Assembly (NCBI GenBank): GCA_030390025.1
Contig: CM059431.1
Location: 118,856,001-118,920,000, forward strand
Direction of reading: 5' to 3'
Origin: Squalus acanthias
Taxonomy: Eukaryota
Length of the DNA stretch: 64,000 nucleotides
A program made the position numbers and the translations under genes. This document shows, one piece after another, positions 12,311-24,909 of this stretch (positions are counted from its first letter, which is position 1; every line of letters starts with the position of its first letter). Under the pieces are notes generated by a model. That model saw only the letters and a list, made by a program, of their open reading frames with translations, was not told the DNA's origin and did not search any database.

Positions 12311-14181
12311 ATGAATTCTTCCAGAGGCAAGGCAGCTCCTAGTTTTAATGATGACTTCCTCCATGTTCTTGTTGATGCGGTCAGAGGGCGCAGGGAGATT
12401 CTCTTCCCTCCTGATGACCAGAGGAAGCCTCCTCAGCAGACAAAGGCAGCCTGGCTGCGCATTGCTGAGGAGGTCGGCGCAAGGTCCATATATGCACGCT
12501 CATGGATCCAGTGCCAAAAAGGTTTAATGATCTTGTGCGAACATCAAAACTCCCATCACACTTGCTTTCAATCTGCTTCCCTTCTCTTCTCATCATCAGC
12601 ACTCTGTGTTGTAAGCCTCCTCCTTCACATCCCACCTTACTCTTACTTTCCTTGCACCCTTTCCTATCCATCTCTGTCTCTGTACTGAATCACTTCAGCA
12701 TCCTGCCTATGCACCCCTTAGACTTGCTCTCACTGTCATGCAGTGACAACTAACAACGCACAGGGAGCTACCTTCCTCTTGTCACCTTACCCCATCTTCG
12801 TCTCCCTCAAAGCTTCTATGGTAGAGATTATTGACCCTCACTCTATCACTGTAGCTGATACACCGCTTTTGTCCCTCCTTGCAGGAAAAGATAGCCCACA
12901 ATAAGAGGGAGAGAGCAATGACTGGAGGAGGAACACCTACCCTAGCCATATTGACCAGTGTTGAGGAGGCTGCAAATGAGATTGTTGGCAGTGGCGAGGA
13001 CCTGGAAGTGGGCGATGGAGAGACGGGCACACTAGAGGAAGCTGGTGATATAATAGAGTTTCATTCCTCTCAGAATGCAATGGCATATGATGTTCATAGA
13101 GAATCGAATTGTATCATCTGCTCAAAAGGATGTGTCAGCTACATCAAATATCAGATGTCTAAATCATGCCTTTACTCTCCCACAGGACCATCGAGCGCCC
13201 CCCTCCCCACGATCCAGGATGAAGAGCCGGACATCTCCTCAGAGGAACCTGAAGCCTCTGAGGGAGCAGCGTCACCAGGACTCAGTGCACCCAGCACCAG
13301 CGCAGCATCGCACACCTCGGTGGGGCCCTCGTGAGTTAGAGTAGTGTTGCCAACTGGTCTATCACAGCGCACAAGTGAGCATCAGCAGATGGTGGAGACA
13401 GCGACAGCAGTGGAGAGTCCTCGACGGAGGTCGCAGCAATCTCCTAGCTCTGCTGAGCTTCATGCAGACGCTGTGCCTCTGGGGCCATCCAGAAAAAGAG
13501 CATCTCGGGAAATACAGGAACAAGTGCAGGTGTCTCTGGAAGGGTTTGCCTCCAGGGTTAGTGTGAGTGTGGAGAGAATGGAGGAGTCCATCTGTAACAT
13601 CAGCACTGCCGTGGTGGAGGCAATGGCGCATGAACGCACCACCATGGATAGGATGGCAACCTCAGTGGAAAGGCTGGCTACCTCAGTGGAAAGGATGGCT
13701 ACGGCCATGGAGGAAATAAATCACCAGAGCTCAGGAAAACATGGAGACTGTTCAAAATAAAATGTCATCTCTGGAGGAGCGATGGGCAGCTATTGAACAG
13801 AGAAACCAGAGCTTCATGGACGTCCTTGTTAGGAGGACTGCCAGTGCAGATACGGGTCCTCGTGGCCCCCCTGAAGTGCAGCAATGTCCTCTCCAGGCAC
13901 TTGCCAGCACTGAGGTGCAGTTGACCCATGAGAGGGATGTTGTTGGCAGGACAGAAGGAAGTGTGGGGTCCTCTCAAAGCACTCACACGACCATGCCACT
14001 ACGGAGCCCTCGGTCAGAGACACACTTTGCGGAGACAACTGAGATGGCCATTTCAGCCCCTGCACAGCCGCAGGAAGAGCAGACTCTTGAAGAGCCCTCC
14101 CAGGCTCCCAAACTCAGAGGATGCCTGCCAAAGGCTTTTTTTCTGACTGTTGTTGATTTATTATCCTTTTGTGATGTGTAA
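12311..14181 (+). pseudogene. Harbinger Myb/SANT-like DNA-binding protein, three exons
   Basis: APSFNDDFLHVLVDAV..AWLRIAEEV..RSWIQCQKRFNDL; acceptors before 12885 and 13186, donor at 13045; heptad repeats at ~13644-13710. Confidence 0.8.
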
Positions 14182-15103
14182 AAGAAAAATTATGGCAAAC
14201 AGTTGATTGTGTGGCCTATGTGTTATGGGAGATGGCAAAAGTGCATTGAGGGCTCAGGGCGACTTGCTTTTGTGATGCTGATGGTAAAAGTGATTGGAAA
14301 TAAGAGGGTATAGCAGAGATGATATATGATGTTGGACAAGTGTCGCCTGCAATTACAGAGCCATATGGTGGCCACCTTTGGTTGAAGAGTAAGCTTATGG
14401 TAGTGTGGCATGGCAATGTGCATACCCGCTTGACGGGCAGCAGTGAACTGGAGGGAAGCTGCGTTGGTCACAACAGGGCATGCAAGGCGCCCCTCATCCT
14501 CCTCCTACTCCTCTTCCCAGGAAGATCTGCGCTGAGCCATGCAGCTGCTACTCCTCCGATTATGAGGACCAGGATGAGAGGGCTTAAATGTTTCCCATCC
14601 CCTTGCTATAGATTTCATTTGAGGCAACAAGTTTGCAAGCGCACAGTCGAAGTGGCCTGAAATTATTCCATTCATGTCACACTGCAGATGTGTGTCAGCT
14701 TGAACAGTCACAAGGTCAGTAGATGTGCAAAATCTTATCCCGTACCTACAACAGCAAAGTTGTTGCATTTGAATGTCAGCCATGTTTTAGGGGTGCTTTT
14801 AAAGCGCTCCACCAATGCATACAAATCATGTCCTCCAGCAACTCGTCTCCTTGAACCTGGCCTGTTTCTGACAAGTTGGGAAACAGTAGCCAGGAGCACG
14901 AAAATGGGAAACCACTATGAAAATAGGATTAGCAAGGCAGTTAACAGGCTGTTAACTGCCTTAACTACCTGTCCCGCCGGTTCCAGTCGAGTCAGTTTGG
15001 GAGCGGCTGAACAGACACTCACGAAAATTGGGTGGGTGTCTGAAGCCATTTTTTCCGATTTTCGCTACAGACCCGCCTCCTCAGGGCTATTAAAATCGAG
15101 CTC

Positions 15104-16176
15104 CATATGTTCCTCAGGAGCCTTTGTGAATAGTAACAAGTCATCCATATACTGGACCAGCTTGTCCCTGCCAGAGAACCCTTCGAAACACTAAGCCATT
15201 TGCTGATGGAATACTGATGGACTATTATGAAACCCTTGTGGCAGACATGTCCACGTGTACTGCTGCCCTTTAAAGGTGAAGGCAAATTTGTACTGATCTT
15301 TTCTCATCGGAATAGACCGAAACCCATTAGAAACATCCAGCACAGTGTATACTTCCGCAGAGCTTGGTATGCTGCCAATCAAATCTGCCACAGCAGCGAC
15401 CGTTGTGGCACATGCTGGAATGTTCTTATTTAACACCCTTTAATCGATCGTCATCCTCCATGATCCATCTGGTTTCTTAACAGGCCTAATTGGTGAATTT
15501 ACGTTTGTCGCCAGAGGTCTTAAGACCCCTTGATCCACAGGGACTTTACCGGTACCTCTAAATCCCTCTCTGCTTCTTTGGGGAAATTATATTGCCTCTG
15601 CGGGGTTTTCATAGATACTCCCTCTACTACCACCTCTACTCCTGGTATTCTCCCGCAGTCGTGTTTGTGTTGGGCAAACACCCTCTTCTCCTGCTCTATA
15701 ATGGCTTTACTCCACTCTGGGCTTTTTTTCACTAATGCCTGCCAGTCGTATGCTCCCTTTCCCGAAACCATGCACACCTTTCCTTGCCCATCCAGCAGAA
15801 CACACTGTCCTTCACTGCCCTTCCATAAACAGTGATTAACTAGATCTATCACTATGCCATTTGCTTCCATACAGTCTGATCCCAATACTCCTCTCTCCTC
15901 ATCCCAATTCATTAATATGCGCACCTACTTTGTTCCGAGTGGCCCCACTTGTATACAAAGAGGTTTTGATACCGTGCCAGCCAGTGTATTTCCCGTAAAT
16001 CTTCCCAAAACGTAGGGTTCGCCGATTGACCAATTGGACCTCCGTGGATCCTTCGCGTAGACCACGATATGTGACGCCCTTGTATCTACCAGGTATTCCC
16101 CTTTCTTTCCTTCTACTATTAAATCCACGTTGGGTCTTCCGTGGCTGTCATACCTGAGTGGACACAGGTATGCTAG
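15104..16176 (-). pseudogene. pol: pol 5' part: aspartic protease and reverse transcriptase
   Basis: YLVDTRAS (DTG mutated); NSPIRPVKKPDGSWRMTID; VLDVSNGF; LPQGFHNSP; YMDD at 15151-15140. Confidence 0.93.
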
Positions 16177-18805
16177 CTGGCTGTTACGGCCCCTTCATTG
16201 CTCGGAGGGTGTGAGGGTTCCAGCTTAGGTTCCCCTCCGTCTCCTCCCTTGGAGGAATTACATTTACCTCCAGCCTGGCTTACTACCTTCTCCAAGGCAT
16301 GGGCCAGTCGTACTATTGCATCCTGAAATCCACCACCCCCAGGATTCTTTCTCAGTCCTTCCCTATTCCTCGGCGCGTAGCACTCCCGTGACATACGGCC
16401 GAGTTTCCCACAGTTATAGCATTCACTGCTATCTCTACCTGGTTGGTTACCTACACTGGTTTTTCCCTCGGCTTTGCTCCTTCATATCTCCACTCTCTCC
16501 CCTGGCCCTGTTTAGGGGCCGGGTCTGGAGTTACCTGGGGTTTCATCTCCTGTACTTTTCCTTTCTTCCCCCTTTCTACCTTGCTCCTATCCTGCTTGTC
16601 CTGTTTATCCTCCCAAAACATAATCAACTTCCTCAACACTCGAACTTCTGTCACGCCTGGGTCTCCTACATCAAACCCTGACATGGCTGTATTAGTAACG
16701 GGTTCCGTGCGAGCTAGCAGAGCTCTTAACCAATGGCAGAGACCGTCTCCTGCCAATTGATTCCGATCCAACCCTCCTCCTTGTGTTTAACTATAAACAG
16801 GCCACAATCTGCTAACAAACACTTCTGGGTGTTCCTCCTTCCCCTGCATAGTTTGTGCCGTGATCTTAAATGGATCACCCCTTCCATACCCGCAAGCTTC
16901 TCTAACATGTCGCTTAGTATTGTCCCAAGTTACCACGGGTCGGGCATACTTGGGGGGAAAAATTGGATTGCTTTATGTCTCCCGTTAGCGCCCTAAGAGG
17001 GCGCTAAGGGGGCTCAAAGCAACTAGCGCCCGGGCGCGGTGATGTTTGCACCGCTTGCGAAATTGACCAGACATTTTGTGGCAGCGCTAAACACTACCAT
17101 CACGATCTCCTGCGCCCGCAGATCGTGACGTCAGTTGAGCATGCAACACCCCGCTAGCGCCCCGGACTGGATATTGAGTGGCGCCCACTGCCTTACCGCC
17201 AGCCGCGAACAACAACAGGTTGAGGGGAGCGTTTTGCAGTCGGGAAGGGACTGGGGGAGCACTATTTAAAGGCGACCACTTCCTGCCTTTTTTTGTCGGC
17301 GACATTTTTGCACCATGCATTCTGAGAGAGAGAGAGAGACTTCTGGAGAGATTCAATGCTGTGTGAAGGAGTTTTGGGTACTGAGCAGCACTTTGCAGGT
17401 TCATCTTGATTTGACCTTCCTTGCATCAATTTAGAAGAGACTGTGGGGGCTGCACTCTGAGCTCTTTCCCTGGGCCTCTCCATTGTTCTTTCCCGCAGAT
17501 TTGATGTACAGGTCTCTCCAGGCCGAGATTCAAGGCTGGAGTGAGCAGGATGTGGATGGAAAGCAAGATCGACCCTTCCCTTTAAGAACTGGCCGGCGCC
17601 AGTGTGTCTGTGTTCCATTGCTGACTGACATCACATGAGCTTCGCCAGTGCTCTGAGGTAGCGCCTCGCTCCTCGGCCTTTGCGCCTTAAGACAGGTGTG
17701 TAGCGCCTGATTTAGCGCTCCAATCATCCCCGGGGCAATAGAAGCCAAGTTTGCAGTTGGAGGCGATAATTAGTGCCAGGCACTAAACTTTGCGCCCAGC
17801 CGATAATTGCACCCCAAACGGGGCGATACCAAATTTCTCACGCTTGGTGTCTTCTGGTAGCCCAGCCAGAACCGCCCCATTCAGACTAAAAAGCAAACAA
17901 CTCTTTTTCTCGGATTCGTCAAAACCCTGCATCGCAGCCATCGTTTCTAAGCACAAAAAGTGCCCTTCCACATCTCCTCCCCGTCTGAGAGTTCCTAAAT
18001 CCCTTGCTGCATCCCTTAATTGTGAGGGAGTATAAGCTTCATCATAATTCGACACTACCAGGTCTCCCCCAGCCCCCGGTGTCATTTTCGTGTGTCGTAC
18101 CGGACACATTACTCCTCGCCCTATACTACCACCACCTTTCTCTTCACCTTCCATAACTTCCTCCTCTGCCTTCTTCCACCACGTGTCTAACGCATTCCCT
18201 TCCTCCACGGCCCCTGCCATAGCACAGACTGTACCTCTCTGTATCTGTAGCTTGTGCTGGAGCTGTTCGATCTCTTCCTCGCATGCTGAATGATCAGCAC
18301 ATTTTTCGAGTTCCTTGTGCTGCTCTCGCAGCACCCGGAACGCCGCCTTTAAATCACTACACTCCTGAGACACTCGACTATTTTCTTCCCATTCACTATC
18401 CACTTCTTCCCGCAATTGTCCGCACTGGTGTTGCAAATCAACTGCCTGTACTTCTAGGTAGCTGCACCTTGTCTCCATCTTTTTCCTTTCATCTTCTCTC
18501 TCCTGTCTAGCCTCCAACAATTCTTTCACCAATCTCACTATTTCAGCATCCTTTTCCTGCAGCCTTTCATCCTTCTCCTGCAACCTTTCTTCATATCGCT
18601 GATGTTCCTGCGATTACTTTTGTGTTTTCCACTTATATGTTAACAAACACACAGGTTGTACCCATTTTGGATTTCTCTTGTCCATGGGAGTTTCCTCCCA
18701 TTCCTCAGCTTATTTTGGAGGATCGGACGCAGCCGCGATGACTCGTACCCATCCATCTTTCAAAGATAATTTCTTACCTAAATACTGCTCTACACTATCT
18801 TCCAT
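16173..18805 (-). pseudogene. gag: gag: coiled coil, capsid with MHR-like motif, one zinc knuckle
   Basis: ATG 18805 is in frame with ORF 17783-18583. After MITE removal it reads QGKEEHPEVFVSRL (MHR-like) and CYNCGKLGRMSREC (CCHC with H->R). Confidence 0.85.
16952..17842. mobile_element. Harbinger-type MITE inserted in gag
   Basis: TSD CTT; left end GGGGGGAAAAATTGG; inverted homolog of 25760-26652; removal restores the gag frame (EDTK|YARP). Confidence 0.88.
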
Positions 18806-18819
18806 TTATCCCCTATCAG

Positions 18820-18837
18820 GTCCTTGTTCAGGCGCCA
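18820..18837 (-). promoter_or_regulatory. Primer binding site, tRNA-Lys(UUU)/Lys3 type
   Basis: TGGCGCCTGAACAAGGAC matches TGGCGCCCGAACAGGGAC at 16/18 positions. Confidence 0.85.
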
Positions 18838-18844
18838 CTAAATC

Positions 18845-19617
18845 TGTAGGTAGATGAACCCACACGTTCCCTCTTATACTCTAATTCCAGAATCCGACCT
18901 GAACCCGTCCGGGTGGGGTAAAATGGTCAAGGCTCGCAACTCAGTACAATTCAGTATTCTTTTAACTGTTTATTGTACTACAGATAACACACAAATATCA
19001 ATGCACTTTTCCCTTTAACATCAAACAGTACTCACATACACTGTTCCCTTTAACTCTCTTTAATTTCAAACAGCACTCACCCCGGCGATCACTCGGAGGA
19101 GTATGTTTCCATCTGTACGGGTGATCAAATCTGTCCGCAGTTCCCTTGCAAGTTGCCAAAGTTTGTCCCTAAACGCACCCTTTTTATAATAAAGATCATA
19201 CCCGTGACAATTGATTGACGCAACCCCCACCCTTTGATTGTACCATCTTAATCTTGTCTGTTTCTGCAAATCTGTAGAGTACTTGATTTGATCACTTTTC
19301 CATCCTGGGTCAGTGAATAGTCCATTATCACACAAAGGTGTTTTGATGGGGAAAAGCTCCGGGCTTATCAGCATTCTGAAAGGTTGACGAATGGGTTTTA
19401 CTCCAGCAACAATTTTGATATTTACATCTCCAAAGGATGAGGGAACCAATCCAGACTCGGTGGAACCATGGTCGTTACCTGTGGTGTTGATTTGTAAGTC
19501 TTGTTAACAGCCTGAGCACAAGAGTTCAATGGACAGGACAGTCAGTTAAATTTAAACAAACACATGTCATTGTGTGGCCTGATTACTCCAGCTACTTCCT
19601 TGGTTAGCATATTCATA
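18845..19617 (-). repeat. 5' LTR, U5-R-proximal U3 part (interrupted)
   Basis: Homologous to 5369-~6100. Minus strand has TATAAAAAGGG at ~19188 and AATAAA at ~18975. Confidence 0.95.
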
Positions 19618-20176
19618 GAATCATAGAAAGTTACAGCACGGAAGGAGGCCATTTCGACCCATCATGTCTGCGCCGGCCAACAAAGAGCTATCCAGCCTAA
19701 TCCCGCTTCCCAGCTCTTGGTCCGTAGCCCTGCAGGTTAGAGCCTCCCAAGTGCATATCCAAGTAATTTTTAAATGTGATGAGGGTTTCTGCCTCTACCA
19801 CCATTTCAGGCAGTGAGTTCCAGACACCCACAACCCTCTGGGTGAAAAATTTCCCCTCAAATCCCCTCTAAACCGTCCCCCAATTACTTTAAATCTGTGC
19901 CCCCTGGTTTTTGAACCCTCTGCTAAGGGAAATAGGTCCTTTCTATCCACTTTATCTAGGCCCCTCATAATTTTATACACCTCAATAATGTCTCCCCACA
20001 GCCTCCTCTGTTCTAAGGAAAACAAACCCAGCCTATCCAGTCTTTCCTCATAGCTAAGATTCTCTACTCCCGGCAACATCCTTGTAAATCTCCTCTGTAC
20101 CCTCTCTAGTGCAATCACATCTTTCCTGTAATGCGGTGACCAGAACTGCATGCAGTACTCTAGCTGAGGCCTAACT
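19618..20176 (-). mobile_element. CR1 LINE 3' end (first half of a split, 5'-truncated copy)
   Basis: QFWSPHYRKDVIALERVQRRFTRM. Continues at 26664-27206; TTCATA is duplicated at the LTR junctions. Confidence 0.9.
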
Positions 20177-20992
20177 GAGGGGACGGAGTGCAGATCGGAA
20201 CAGAGTGTTAAGCTGCAAGTTTGATGAGTGAGGGAGTGAATCTTAAAGGTTAATCTCTTTTTTTAATAAAATCTAGTCTTGTGTGCTTGCAATTAGCATT
20301 TAACTTAAATTTAAATTTACTGTTTCAAGTTTTAAGTTTCTTCCAGGCTTGGGCAGGGCTAAGCAAGCTCTGTGCTGGAGAGCAGGTGAGAGTAATTAAT
20401 TAATTAACTGGTCCAATCTGGTTCTGTAACTGCCAGAGAGCTCCCTTATTTAAATCTCAGCCGTATAAAAAAGGGAGGCTAGAGTGCAGTTTGTCACGGA
20501 GTGCAGATCGGAACAGAGTGTTAAGCTGTGAGTTTGGTGAGTGTGGGAGTTCAGGGAGGGAGGTGTTCCTTTATTTTTCTATCTTTGTCAGCTTCCAGGA
20601 GAGCAGGAGCTAAAAAGCTGCACAAGAGGGGACAGAGAACCAGCGGGAGTTCGGCTCTGTGACACCCCCCAAACGCATCTGGAGAAAAATAAAAGTGTGG
20701 TTTAAACAGAGTGCTGCGAGTTGGGAATTGGTTCTTACTTTACACCAAGGAAAGAGTCCGAGAGCGGAAGCAGTCAAACAACAACAAATGCGAAACCGCT
20801 AAAGTGACTTCATAACCAGGGAAGGAGCTGATTGGTAAGTAGGACCTGGTGAGTATTTCTACAGTCCAGTCGTTAAAGTAAAAGTAAGGTCTCTAGTTTA
20901 GAGTAAGTAGTGTTTAAAGGGAAGTAATGTACCTAGTGCATTTAATATTCTTTAATTTAAAGGAAGTAAAGGGAGTAAATTAAGGGTAGGAC

Positions 20993-21920
20993 ATGGCAGG
21001 GCAGCTCGGCATCATGGAGTGCTCCTCCTGTGCTATGTGGGAAGTCAGGGACACTTTTGGTGTCCAGGACGAACACATGTGTAGGAAGTGTCTCCAGCTG
21101 CAGCTACTCGAAATCCACGTTTTGGAGCTGGAGCTGCGGCTGGAGTCACTGTGGAGCATCCGCAAAGCTGAGATCTTCGTGGATAGCACGTTTAATGAGG
21201 TGGTCACACTGCAGGTAAAGAGTGCACAGGCAGACAGGGAATGGGTGACCGACAGACAGTGTAAAAGAACTAGGAAGGTAGTGCAGGAGTCCCCTGGGTC
21301 CATCTCCCTCTCCAACAGATTTTTCCGTTTTGGATACTGCTGGGGGAGATGGTTTCTCAGGGGAATGCAGCAAGAGCCAAGTCCGTGGCACTACGAGTGG
21401 CTCAGCTGCACAGGAGGGGAGGAAAAAGAGTGGGAGAGCAATAGTGATAGGGAATTCTATCGTAAGGGGAACAGATAGATGTTTCTGTGGCCACAGACGT
21501 GACTCCAGGATGGTATGTTGCCTCCCTGGTGCCAGGGTCAAGGATGTCACTGAACGGCTGCAGGGCATTCTGAAGGGGGAGGGCGAACAGTCAGAGGTCG
21601 TGGTTCACATTGGTACCAACGACATGGGTAGAAAGAGGGATGAGGTCCTGCAACAAGAATTTAGGGAGCAAGGTAGCAGATTAAAAAGCAGGCCGTCAAA
21701 GGTTGTAATCTCTGGATTACTCCCGGTGCCACGTGCTAGTGAGTATAGGAATAATAGGATAGAGCAGATGAATGCGTGGCTAAAGAGTTGGTGCAGGAGG
21801 GAGGGCTTTAGTTTCCTGGATCACTGGGTCTGCTTCTGGGGAAGGTGGGACCTGTACAAGCCAGACGGGTTGTACCTGAACCAAAACGGGACCAACATCC
21901 TTGCGGGGAGATTTAAACTA
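20993..21920 (+). pseudogene. CR1 ORF1: zinc finger/leucine zipper plus SGNH esterase
   Basis: CSSC..CRKC followed by leucine heptads; VIGNSIVRG, LPGA, HIGTND, DGLYLN; frameshift at ~21325. Confidence 0.85.
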
Positions 21921-22039
21921 ACTTGGCAGGGGGATGGGATACGGAGTGGAGCTATAGTAGGGGGTGATGCACAGCCAAATATAGATGAAAAAACAAGTCC
22001 GCCTGGAAGGCAGAGCAAATATGTAACGGCACAAGGGAG

Positions 22040-24837
22040 TATGGCAAGGCTGGATGGCATTTATTTTAATGCAAGGAGTCTTGCGAGTAAGGCAGATGAA
22101 TTGAAGGTGTTGATGAACACATAGGAGTATGATATTGTTGCTATCACAGAGACATGGTTGAGGGAGGGGTAGGACTGGCAGCTCAATATTCCGGGGTATA
22201 GAATCTTCAGGCGAGACAGAGGGGGGTGCAAAAGCGGAGGGGGTGTTGCAATATTAATCAAGGAGACAATTACTGCTGTAAGGAGGGATGATATCTTAGC
22301 AGGTTCCTCTAATGAGGCCATATGGGTAGAACTTAAAAACAAAAAGGGGGCAAGCATTTTGCTGGGAGTGTACGATAGGCTCCCAAACAGTCAGGGGCAG
22401 ATAGAGGAACAGATATGTAGGCAAATCTCAGAGAAGTGTAGAAATAATAGGGTAATAATAGTAGGGGATTTCAACTTCCCCAATATTAACTGGGATAGTC
22501 AGAGTGTGAAAGGCTTAGAGGGTATAGAATTCTTAAAGTGCATCCAGGAGAGCTTTTTGAGCCAGCATGTAGAAAGTCCTACAAGAGAGGGGGCGGTACT
22601 GGACCTAATTCTAGGGAATGTAGCCGAGCAAGTGGTAGAAATGTCAGCAGGAGAGCATTTTGGTGACAGTGACCATTATTCGGTGAGATTCAAGGTAGTC
22701 ATGGAAAAGGACAAAGATGGACCGGAAATAAAGGATCTAAATTGGGGGAAGGCCGATTTTAATATGATAAGGCAGGATCTGGCCAAAGTGGACTGGGATC
22801 AGCTACTTGTAGGAAAATCCACATCAGAGCAGTGGGAGTCTTTCAGAAAGGAAATAGAGAGAGTACAACTCCAACATGTTCCCATAAAGGTCAAGGGTGG
22901 GACTAACAAGCCCAGAGAACCCTGGATGTCAAGGGGTATACGAGAATGGATAAGGAAAAAAAGGGAGGCTTTTGGCAGATTCAAAGGACTAAAAACAATG
23001 GAAGCCCTAGAGGAGTATAGAAAGTGCAGGGGGGTACTTAAAAAGGAAATTAGGAGAGCGAAGAGGGGGCATGAAAAAACACTGGCGGGCAAAATAAAGG
23101 AAAATCCCAAGGTGTTTTATAAGTATATTAAGGGCAAGAGGAAATCCAGGGAAAGAGTAGGGCCCATTAGGGACCAAAGTGGCAATCTGTGTGTAGAGCC
23201 AGAAGATGTAGGTGGGGTTTTAAATGAATATTTTGCATCTGTGTTCACTGTGGAGAAGGATGATGTAGGCATAGAATTCAGGCAGGGGGATTGTGATATA
23301 CTTGAACAAATTAGTATTGAGAGGGAGGAAGTACTAGCGGTTTTAGCGGGCTTAAAAGTGGATAAATCCCCAGGCCCAGACGAGATGTATCCCAGGCTGC
23401 TGTGTGAGGCAAGGGAGGAGATTGCAAGGGCTCTGACACAAATTTTCAGAACCTCTCTGGCCATAGGGGAGGTGCCAGAGGACTGGAGAACAGCTAATGT
23501 AGTACCATTATTCAAGAAGGGTAGCAGGGATAAACCAGGGAATTACAGGCCAGTGAGCCTAACATTATTGGAAAAAATTCTGAGGGACAGAATTAGTCTC
23601 CACTTGGAGAGGCAAGGATTAATCAAGGATAGTCAGCATGACTTTGTCAGGGGGAGATCATGTCTGACCAATTTGATTGAATTTTTCGAGGGGGTGACTA
23701 GGTGTTTGGATGAGGGTAGTGCAGTTGATGTAGTCTACATGGACTTCAGTAAGGCTTTTGACAAAGTCCTGCATGGGAGACTGGTCAAGAAGGTAAGAGC
23801 CCATGAGATCCAGGGCAATTTGGCACATTGGATCCAAAATTGGCTTAGTGGCAGGAGCCAGAGGGTGATGGTCGAAGGTTGTTTTTGTGACTGGAAGCCT
23901 GTGTCTAATGGTGTACCGTAGGGATCGGTGCTGGGTCCTTTGCTGTTTGTAGTGCACATTAATGATTTAGATATGAATGTAGGAGGTATGATCAGTAAGC
24001 TCGCAGATGACACGGAAATTGGTGGAGTGGTAAATAGCAAGGAGGGAAGCGTCAGGCTACAGGACGATATAGATGGGTTGGTTAGATGGGCAGAACAGTG
24101 GCAAATGGAATTTAACCCTGAAAAGTGTGAGGTGATGCATTTTGGGAGGACTAACAAGGCAAGGGAATACAATGAATGGTAGAACCCTAGGAAGGACCGA
24201 GGATCAGAGGGACCTTGGTGTGCATGTACATAGATCCCTGAAGTCAGCAGGATAGGTAGATAAGGTGGTTAAAAAGGGATATGGGATACTTGCCTTCATT
24301 AGCCGAGGCATAGAATATAAGAGCAGGGAGGTTATGATGGAGCTGTACAAAACGCTAGTTAGGCCACAGCTGGAATACTGTGTGCAGTTCTGGTCGCCAC
24401 ACTATAGGAAGGAAGTGATTGCATTGGAGAGGGTGCAGAGGAGATTCACCAGGATGTTACCTGGGCTGGAGCGCTTCAGCTATGAAGAGAGACTGGACAG
24501 GCTGGGGTTGTTTTCCTTAGAGCAGAGAAGGCTGAGGGGGGACCTGATTGAGGTGTACAAAATTATGAGGGGCATAGATAGGGTAGATAGAAAGGAACCT
24601 TTCCCCTTAGTAGAGGGGTCAAAAACCAGGGGGCATAGTTTCAAGGTAAGGGGCAGGAGGTTTAGAGGGGATTTGAGGAAAAACTTTTTCACCCAGAGGG
24701 TGGTTGGAATCTGGAACTCACTGCCTGAAAGGGTGGTAGAGGCAGGAACCCTCACAACATTCAAGAAGCATTTAGATGAGCACTTGAAACGCCATAGCAT
24801 ACAAGGCTACGGACCAAGTGCTGGAAAATGGGATTAG
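22040..24837 (+). pseudogene. CR1 ORF2: APE endonuclease plus reverse transcriptase
   Basis: YFNARSL, VGDFNFP, SDH, KSPGPD, NYRPVSLT, YMDFSKAFD, LADD; in-frame stops and a frameshift. Confidence 0.93.
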
Positions 24838-24909
24838 AATAGACAGGGCTTGATGGCCGGCGCGGACACGATGGGCCGAAGGGCCTCTTTCTGTGCTGTA
24901 TAACACTAT

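Larger units (their letters stand above)
11958..15103 (+). mobile_element. Non-autonomous PIF/Harbinger element carrying a Myb/SANT gene, inserted in ERV RT
   Basis: TIR GGGCTCGATTTTAAT / ATTAAAATCGAGCTC (14/15); TSD CAT. Excision restores the RT frame (EEHM|VLLKELL). Confidence 0.9.
20177..24906 (+). mobile_element. Full-length CR1 LINE (5'UTR, ORF1, ORF2, 3' tail)
   Basis: ORF1 and ORF2 as listed below. The CTATG/CTATA microsatellite tail continues between the MITEs to ~26667. Confidence 0.93.

Noticed and set aside
19066..19449. 127-aa sense ORF inside the 5' LTR (possible U3 accessory gene)
   Set aside because: Non-ATG start, runs through the TATA box into R, is broken by indels in the 3' LTR, and has no recognisable motif.
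22799..24172. Long antisense ORFs over CR1 ORF2, and similar shadow ORFs over Harbinger genes
   Set aside because: Opposite-strand shadows of the real reading frames.
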